This document shows positions 24,114 to 30,666 of a DNA stretch of 30,666 bases, one piece after another. The DNA is taken from the IMG/VR virus record IMGVR_UViG_3300032218_000775, positions 1-30,666 of that record. The stretch is one strand, 5' to 3'. Numbering within the stretch: the first letter of the stretch is position 1; the number at the start of each line of letters is the position of its first letter. The notes beneath the pieces are model-generated. The model was not told where the DNA came from and did no database searches. It saw only the letters and a list, made by a program, of their open reading frames with translations. The DNA comes from a virus (taxonomy: Duplodnaviria > Caudoviricetes). The position numbers and the translations under genes are program-made.

Positions 24114-24361
24114 TGGTTTCTGCTGCTAGAGGGCACACCACCCATTTCATACGCCGAGTAGAGAGCGCTGCGGTTAACCCCGCAGTGCGGCAGTTGGCTA
24201 TCACTTGCATTTCCAAAGATATTCCCGTAGCGGAACTTGCGGACTTGTTTGGGGTATCCCGTGCGACTGTCTACAACTGGCTTATGGGTACAACGGTGCC
24301 GCGCTCTAAACAGCTTGAGGCCATGCCAAAGATTACAGCCCGTCTTAACAAGCGCAAGTAA
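24113..24361 (+). CDS. Cro/XRE-like HTH protein
   Basis: VAELADLFGVSRATVYNWLMG. Confidence 0.85.
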   Translation: MVSAARGHTTHFIRRVESAAVNPAVRQLAITCISKDIPVAELADLFGVSRATVYNWLMGTTVPRSKQLEAMPKITARLNKRK

Positions 24362-24372
24362 TCCCAATGGTG

Positions 24373-24405
24373 GGGCGGTGGGGAGACCTACCGCCCTTTT
24401 CTTCT
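24373..24405 (+). terminator. Terminator/attenuator-like hairpin before the primase
   Basis: GGGCGGTGGG-GAGA-CCTACCGCCC followed by TTTTCTTCT. Confidence 0.65.
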
Positions 24406-24426
24406 CCAGCTACCCCGTGAGGCTAT

Positions 24427-27267
24427 GTGACTGACTTTTTATCATCCGTACTGCCAATTAAAGGCACGTATTGCACGGTAGGAATTCGGGCTGGAACTGT
24501 CCGGCAGAATTTCCACAACACAATAACTGACGTAGACGCGGTTGGCTCCGCGCTATCTACTAAAGGCGTAGATGCATACTTTGCACTAGCGTCCTTCCAA
24601 GATTCGTCCAGTCGTAAAGTTGAGAACGCGAGCTACCTGCGTTCATTTTTCCTTGACTTGGATTGCGGTACGGGTAAACCCTATGCCGACCAAGCCGCAG
24701 CGGCGCAAGCCCTAAAGATATTCCTCGTTGCCACATCGCTACCGGAGCCCTACATTGTTAACTCGGGCGGTGGGCTGCACGTATATTGGCCTCTGACTGA
24801 GGATGTGCCCGCAGAAGATTGGCGCGTCCACGCTAAGGCATTGAAGCAATTGTGTATACAACATAACCTTCATGCCGACCCAGCGGTAACTGCGGACTGC
24901 GCCCGTATCTTGCGTTTACCTGACACCAACAACTACAAGAATGGTACTGTACGTACGGTTCAGATTATGGTCGAGGGGCAGGCGACTGACTTGGATACAT
25001 TTACTGCACTGCTGCCCGAACCTCCGGCAGACCTATCCTCGGCTAAGTTGTTTGGCATGGACGATGCCACCCGTGAGTTAGTAGGCGGGGAATACCCTAA
25101 GTGCGAGTTCAAACGCATCGTTATCCAAAGCCTTACCGGCAACGGCTGTGCGCAGATTAAGTACGCAATAGACAACGCAGCTACCTTGGAGGAGCCGCTA
25201 TGGCGGGGAGCCTTGTCCATTGCAACGCGCTGTGAGGACGGTGCCACTGAGATACACACGCTCTCTGACCAGTACGCGGGCTATACCCCCGAGAACACCG
25301 AAGCCAAAGCTGCCGAAACCAAGGGCCCCTATACCTGCGATTGGTATCGCAACAACTACCCTGACCGCTGTAAGGGCTGCACACAGAAGGTATCTACTCC
25401 CCTGCTAATTGGCCGGATTGTGGAGGAGTCTGAGGTTATAGACGATCAGTACATGATCGAGAAGCCTGAGGATGAGTCATCTCCCGCAGTCGTACTAAGC
25501 ATACCGGCGTACCCATTCCCATACTTTCGCGGGATTAACGGCGGGGTGTTCCGCAAGGTGCGTGATGCTGATGGCAATGAGCAGGAGGTTGAAATCTATC
25601 GTGATGACCTGTACTTGACAGAACGGTTCTTTGACTCTGACGAACACGGCAACGGTGACGGGGAAATGGTTGGTATCAACCTGCACATGAAACGCGATGG
25701 CGTTCGCAGGTTCTTCGCTCCGGTAACTACCCTGTTCACCAAAGACAAGCTGCGTGACCTACTAGTAAAAAATGGCGTAGTCGCTTATGGTAAACAATTG
25801 GACGTACTTATGGCTTATTTTGCATCGACGATTCGTAAATTGCAGTCGCAATACGCGGCCAACAAAACCCGCAACCAAATGGGCTGGACACCTGACGGTA
25901 CAGGGTTTGTGATTGGCGAACTGGAATACACCGCGCAGGGCACCAAGCTAGCTCCCCCTGCCAGCGGTACTAGGCAGCTTGCTGCTGCGTTCAAACCAAT
26001 GGGCGCATTGGCTGAGTGGAAGAGCATCGTTAACTTTTATGACCGCCCCGGACTAGAGCCCCATGCTCTGACTTTGTTTGCTGGGTTTGGCTCACCCTTA
26101 CTTAAGTTTATCGGCGGCAAAACCGTCAAGGGTGCGTTGATTCATCTGAAACATAACGGCTCAGGTTCGGGCAAGTCTACGGCGCAGATGGTAGCCAACT
26201 CAATATTCGGTAATCCCGACGAGTTGCTGATGAAGCAGGACGATACCTACGCGTCCAAGATGCACATGCTAGGGATGATGAACAGCATTGTGTACACCAT
26301 TGACGAGATTACCAACGAGAAGCCTGAGAACCTGTCTAGTTTGGCATACGGCGTTACCAACGGGCGGGGTAGGCACCGGATGGAATCACAAAGTAACACC
26401 CTAAGGGTGAACAATACTACGTGGCAGAACTTCACAGTCACATCGGGCAATGCCTCTATCGTTGACAAGTTACAGCAGTTGAAAAGCACTGCCGATGGTG
26501 AGTTGAAACGTACCATTGAGATATCTGTACCGCGCTATACCGGCTCTACCAAAGAAGAGATTGACTCGGTATTTAATAAGCTCAATACCAACTATGGGGT
26601 AGCTGGGCCGGTGTTCATTGACTACGTGTTGCGTAATAAAGAAGAAGTCCTAGACCTACTCCTGCAAATCCAACTGAAGATCGACAATGACTTGTCACTG
26701 GACAGCACCCATCGGTTTTACTCTTGCACAGGCGCATGCATGATTGGGGGCGCTTACATTGCACAGAAGCTGGGCCTGCACGATATCGACGTTGCACGTA
26801 TCTACAAGTATCTACTGGAACTCATTACCGCGAACATTGCAACCGTCCAAGCTAGTGTAGGTAACGCGGACGTTATTGCCCAAGAAACATTGGCAGCGTT
26901 TGTAAACGAGAATGTCCGCAACGCACTGGTCGCTAACAGCATATCCAAGAGTGGGGCACCTGAGCTTCCCCTAGTGCAGCCTAACGGCCCCCTGCGGTTA
27001 CGGTATTACCCTGACACGCAAGAGATGGCTATTCCTGTGTCGGAGTTCCGCAGGTTCTTTTCTGACCGACAGGTAGACGTTAAGGATGCGGTGTACCGGC
27101 TAGACAAGGCACAATTCATGAAGCACGGTGGCAAGTCACACCCGACACGTATTGGTGCCGGGGCCTTGGGCGGCATGAGTGGTATCTTGGTGCGCTGCTA
27201 TGTGTTTGATGCCAAGGCGCTGGGCCTTAACCCACTGCACTTTACGGATGATTCCTCAGGCTACTAG
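24427..27267 (+). CDS. Primase (RepB/AEP-like) - DUF927 helicase fusion
   Basis: FLDLD, NSGGGLHVYW and RILRLP (AEP motifs); QMGW, Walker A GSGSGKST and Walker B TIDE in the C-terminal half. Confidence 0.9.
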   Translation: MTDFLSSVLPIKGTYCTVGIRAGTVRQNFHNTITDVDAVGSALSTKGVDAYFALASFQDSSSRKVENASYLRSFFLDLDCGTGKPYADQAAAAQALKIFLVATSLPEPYIVNSGGGLHVYWPLTEDVPAEDWRVHAKALKQLCIQHNLHADPAVTADCARILRLPDTNNYKNGTVRTVQIMVEGQATDLDTFTALLPEPPADLSSAKLFGMDDATRELVGGEYPKCEFKRIVIQSLTGNGCAQIKYAIDNAATLEEPLWRGALSIATRCEDGATEIHTLSDQYAGYTPENTEAKAAETKGPYTCDWYRNNYPDRCKGCTQKVSTPLLIGRIVEESEVIDDQYMIEKPEDESSPAVVLSIPAYPFPYFRGINGGVFRKVRDADGNEQEVEIYRDDLYLTERFFDSDEHGNGDGEMVGINLHMKRDGVRRFFAPVTTLFTKDKLRDLLVKNGVVAYGKQLDVLMAYFASTIRKLQSQYAANKTRNQMGWTPDGTGFVIGELEYTAQGTKLAPPASGTRQLAAAFKPMGALAEWKSIVNFYDRPGLEPHALTLFAGFGSPLLKFIGGKTVKGALIHLKHNGSGSGKSTAQMVANSIFGNPDELLMKQDDTYASKMHMLGMMNSIVYTIDEITNEKPENLSSLAYGVTNGRGRHRMESQSNTLRVNNTTWQNFTVTSGNASIVDKLQQLKSTADGELKRTIEISVPRYTGSTKEEIDSVFNKLNTNYGVAGPVFIDYVLRNKEEVLDLLLQIQLKIDNDLSLDSTHRFYSCTGACMIGGAYIAQKLGLHDIDVARIYKYLLELITANIATVQASVGNADVIAQETLAAFVNENVRNALVANSISKSGAPELPLVQPNGPLRLRYYPDTQEMAIPVSEFRRFFSDRQVDVKDAVYRLDKAQFMKHGGKSHPTRIGAGALGGMSGILVRCYVFDAKALGLNPLHFTDDSSGY

Positions 27268-27481
27268 AGCCCCGCAGGTATTCACCATACTAGATGTTGA
27301 ATACTTCCTTGATTGGAAACGCCTGATACCCGGCGCTTCCTTTTTCCTGCCTACTGTAGCTACACCCAAGCAAGTACAGGAAGTACTTGAGGTAGCCTAT
27401 GAGCATCTACCATACAACTTTGTGGTCTACACCCGCAGGGAGTATGGCAGGTATGGGGTAAGAGTCTGGTGCCTTAATTAG
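27248..27481 (+). CDS. Hypothetical protein (77 aa)
   Basis: Probable start ATG 27248; LIPGASFFLP...GVRVW motif; last gene of the plus-strand arm. Confidence 0.7.
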   Translation: MIPQATRAPQVFTILDVEYFLDWKRLIPGASFFLPTVATPKQVQEVLEVAYEHLPYNFVVYTRREYGRYGVRVWCLN

Positions 27482-30400
27482 CAAACCGTGCATGGGCCAT
27501 AGTCTTGGCTTGCCGCACCCACTCTACAGATTTGTTTTCAAACTCTAACACTTTTTCAAGTTGCGCTTCACGTTTGTCCTTAGGCATAGCCTTTTCGCCT
27601 TCCGGGCTTTCTAAAAAGTTACGGTACTTACGTAGATCAGACAACTGCTTGAGCCCAGTCAGCACACCCTTAGATAGCGCCAGTTCCTCTTTGTGCTCTT
27701 GCATGAACTCCCGTGCCTTTGCAACATCGGTTTTAGCCAAGTCATTAAGTGTGTTCTGTATCGGGATTACCTTAGCCCGTAAGTCGTAAAACTCGTCCTT
27801 GGGGTTGGTCAACTGCGATGCATCGTAGGCAAAATTACTCACCAGCATCCACTGGTGCATAGGGCGGTCTGGCCGGTTGGGGTGCATCATGGAGTCTGTC
27901 ACCATCATTACCGCAGTGGCGCTCGTACCAAAGTATCCCTTAAGGGTATTGTCAATGATGATGGGCGAAACCTCGTAATTAAACTCTTTGCTCATGTACT
28001 CTGCCATGTTTTTTGCCAACTCGGACGTGCCCTTGCTGACCTGCATGTGAGGCAGCATCCCCTGTTGGTAGGTACCAATGAGTTCGCGCCCTGTGAGCGT
28101 CGAGTGGTTAAAGAACGCTTCAACAACCGGCTTGATAGCAATTGGTATAGGGGTTATGCGCCCGATGTACTGCTCCCGTGCGTAGTTCAGTACAGACAGT
28201 ACAGCTTCCGATGCTTGGCGTTCTTCCTTAGTACCCTGCCTACGCTGCCAGTCAACTGCATTCTCGATAGCCACCTTGACAACTGCAATGTCGCCGCGAA
28301 TTGGTATCTTCACACCGTTGCCGAGAATCCAGTTATTGTCCCGAGTGCGGCGGTTTAGCTTGTCGTACTCATCGTCCCCGGCCTTGGCCATGGCATACGC
28401 TAGGGCTCCCGCTGCATAGATAGATACGCGCTGTAGGAACATCTTACGTGCAGCCGCAGACTCAACGCCCATTGCGTTCTCACGACCTGTTGCAGCCCGA
28501 TACAGTAGGTCTGTACCTTGCGCCGCAGCATTCAAGAATGGCACTGTAGTAATTAAATCTTGCACAATTGCTGACGTACCCCGACGATGGAAGTTAATCA
28601 GTTCCCGTGCGCGGGTGTTGGCAAGAAGTTCGTCCTTGGTTTCTTTTAGCGTGTAGTCGTACACAGCTTTACGTACTGCTAAGTCAGACCCGTTGGTAAT
28701 CTTCTCAAGCCGGTGAATAATTGACTGTACGGGCGTACGTTTACGCAGGTTCAAGTCGTACAGCAAGGTGGATGCTGGGCTAGGCGCGTTGTAATCAACA
28801 TCCCCATGCAAGCCGGTACGGCCAAACTGCCGCTCCATATCGTGCATTTTGGAATCTTTACCAGTCAGGTCGGCACCCAAGCTCTTAAGCTCATGCCACG
28901 ATAGCTGTGCAAAATTACCTACGACTGACGCAGCAAATGACAATGGATGCTTTACACCGGAGGTAAGCAGGGCACCCTGAATATCGGTAGCCACCTGACC
29001 CACTGCGAACGCAGGGTTGGCAGTAACAAGCAATCTAAGTAGCTTAGACGCCTTTGCCATCTGACGTATATACGCGGGCGGTACCCGAGGGGCATCTATA
29101 AACGCAGCCGCATCGTACTGCGTGGGTACATCGTAAAACACTTTCTCGCCATTGCGAAATACCGGTATGGTGAACCCAGTCTTACTAGCATTTTGGGAGG
29201 GCCCAATGTACTTGGCTGCGCCTACCGCGCCCATAGCCCCAATCAGTTCAGTATTGGCGTTTTGCTTAACAAGCTGCTGCGCCAGCCAACCCATTGTTTT
29301 GAAGTAGTTGTCAACGACATTACCCACAGGACGGTTTTCTGAACCTACAAGTTCCGGTAGCTTGCCTAATTGGGCGAGACCTCGGCCCGATATACGTTTA
29401 GCCCCAGAAAAATATTTATCATCAATTTCAGATAGCCGGTCAAACGGGACGTAGTTGATGGCTTCACGGTAGAACTTTGCATCCTCGGCAGTTAACCGCC
29501 CAGCCTTTTCTAACTGGTTAATAAGTTCAATACGTGGCGCGTCCATGATGCGCGTCATTTCCTTCAGGTCAGGACTTGCGTTGTATTCGGCTACTGCCTG
29601 TGCAATGCGGGCGGTATCAATATTGCCGTTGGTATCACGCCAGTGGATAAGCGCATCTGTGGCTCCAGCAGCGTTTTGCTTGACTAATTCATGTACACGC
29701 ATGCCCTCAAGTATGGTGCTGGCTTGCGCGTAGCCGGTTTCAAAATCAAGGCCCTTGGATTTAATCCATTTCTGTAAGGGAACGTATACGTCCTGCGGGG
29801 CATCTTTCAGTTTGTAGGTTTCATAAAGCCCTGTAGCCGAGTTGATACGCAAGCCGCCTTCTTCAAAAAACGATGGCAACATTTTCTGCACATCTTCAGC
29901 TTGGCGGGCTATGGCTAGGGCATTTGTTTTTCCTGCTGCATCCCGCACTGCGCCATCGTATAGTGCAGCCAGCCGGTTGGATACCGCAGCAAACCTATCC
30001 ACAACCATTGTCCGTACCTTGTCCACGGCCCCAATACCTTGCAGGGGCTTGACTGCTGCAACTGCGGTTGAAGTTGCTTGTTTGACTGCTTGGGTTACCG
30101 TAGTAGGTTTATAGACAACTCCCGCTGCACGAGTGGCAACGTCTGGCCCCATGGCGTACTTCATCCCTATGGAGTTTCGGACATTTAACTCATCGGCTTT
30201 AAAAGAAGTCAACTCGCCGCCAATACGCAGCACTTCGCTCAGGGCAGTATCAAACTTAGCAGGTAGCCCTAACATGTCGCGGATCAGGGTTGTGAACTTA
30301 TCCCACATGGTTGTGTTTTTGTACGGGATAGATTCCAGATACGCTTGCATGTCCCGGCTCGTAAGCGCCCATGCCAGTATTTCGTCTTTATCTTCTAAGG

Positions 30401-30665
30401 CATTATTTTCAATGTTTATGCGCTTTTCAAACTCAGTAAGTTCTGCACCGGATTCGCGGCGTTCATTAAGGTGGCCAACAACGGCATTTCGTACTAAACG
30501 TAACTCATCCACCGCTTTGCTAATTCGGGTATTTGCCGCGCCTCTGCGCTCCCCAGTATCAATGATGCCCATCGTGGCGGCATGGATAAGTTCATGCAAA
30601 ACCGTTACGGGGTTTACGCCGCTATTAGTGCCGTTGTTTTCATGATTTAGATGAATTTTAATTAG
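27474..30665 (-). CDS. Large polyvalent protein with metallopeptidase-like and LPD38-like C-terminal domains (partial; starts beyond the right edge)
   Basis: The frame is open to the window end (...GVNPVTVLHELIHA, an HExxH motif). YVPF, INFHRRG, VPFLNAAAQG, RDNNWI and VKIP motifs resemble LPD38-type regions of large phage virion proteins. Confidence 0.75.
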   Translation of the reverse strand, partial: LIKIHLNHENNGTNSGVNPVTVLHELIHAATMGIIDTGERRGAANTRISKAVDELRLVRNAVVGHLNERRESGAELTEFEKRINIENNALEDKDEILAWALTSRDMQAYLESIPYKNTTMWDKFTTLIRDMLGLPAKFDTALSEVLRIGGELTSFKADELNVRNSIGMKYAMGPDVATRAAGVVYKPTTVTQAVKQATSTAVAAVKPLQGIGAVDKVRTMVVDRFAAVSNRLAALYDGAVRDAAGKTNALAIARQAEDVQKMLPSFFEEGGLRINSATGLYETYKLKDAPQDVYVPLQKWIKSKGLDFETGYAQASTILEGMRVHELVKQNAAGATDALIHWRDTNGNIDTARIAQAVAEYNASPDLKEMTRIMDAPRIELINQLEKAGRLTAEDAKFYREAINYVPFDRLSEIDDKYFSGAKRISGRGLAQLGKLPELVGSENRPVGNVVDNYFKTMGWLAQQLVKQNANTELIGAMGAVGAAKYIGPSQNASKTGFTIPVFRNGEKVFYDVPTQYDAAAFIDAPRVPPAYIRQMAKASKLLRLLVTANPAFAVGQVATDIQGALLTSGVKHPLSFAASVVGNFAQLSWHELKSLGADLTGKDSKMHDMERQFGRTGLHGDVDYNAPSPASTLLYDLNLRKRTPVQSIIHRLEKITNGSDLAVRKAVYDYTLKETKDELLANTRARELINFHRRGTSAIVQDLITTVPFLNAAAQGTDLLYRAATGRENAMGVESAAARKMFLQRVSIYAAGALAYAMAKAGDDEYDKLNRRTRDNNWILGNGVKIPIRGDIAVVKVAIENAVDWQRRQGTKEERQASEAVLSVLNYAREQYIGRITPIPIAIKPVVEAFFNHSTLTGRELIGTYQQGMLPHMQVSKGTSELAKNMAEYMSKEFNYEVSPIIIDNTLKGYFGTSATAVMMVTDSMMHPNRPDRPMHQWMLVSNFAYDASQLTNPKDEFYDLRAKVIPIQNTLNDLAKTDVAKAREFMQEHKEELALSKGVLTGLKQLSDLRKYRNFLESPEGEKAMPKDKREAQLEKVLEFENKSVEWVRQAKTMAHARFAN

Positions 30666-30666
30666 C

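Noticed and set aside
161-30645. Numerous antisense and alternate-frame ORFs in the track (e.g. 2154-2603+, 6878-7291-, 23771-24367-, 27855-28358+, 30133-30645+)
   Set aside because: They are shadows of well-supported genes on the opposite strand or frame, with no recognisable motifs.

Overview
The window is about 30.7 kb of a tailed dsDNA phage genome with a podovirus-like gene set and no RNA polymerase or integrase in view. A Beta/Gammaproteobacterial host is inferred from a LexA box, an rrn-type boxA and IHF sites. Left (minus strand, 1-6478): packaging/head operon with putative small terminase, large terminase, P22-like portal, a GroES-like co-chaperonin and a scaffold-like protein. Centre (6479-8722): a 2.2-kb divergent control region. 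It holds G-tracts, a LexA box, a stand-alone 188-aa gene with its own promoter and terminator, a mirror-symmetric iteron/IHF array (probable origin), and a near-consensus sigma70 promoter followed by a hairpin, boxA and a ~520-nt hairpin-rich non-coding leader. Next (plus strand, 8723-27481): early genes (AAA ATPase, metallopeptidase-vWA, DUF3150-like, many small ORFs), punctuated by a 16-bp palindrome TTTTAACCAGTTAAAA (8 good copies across 7545-13793). These are followed by replication genes: VRR-NUC, family A DNA polymerase, a stand-alone sigma70 region-4 protein, PD-(D/E)XK nuclease, HNH, SNF2 helicase, SSB-like, HTH and primase-helicase. Right end (minus strand): the 3' part of a very large polyvalent (LPD38-like) protein. 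All family calls come from motif recognition by eye; no database searches or folding computations were run.
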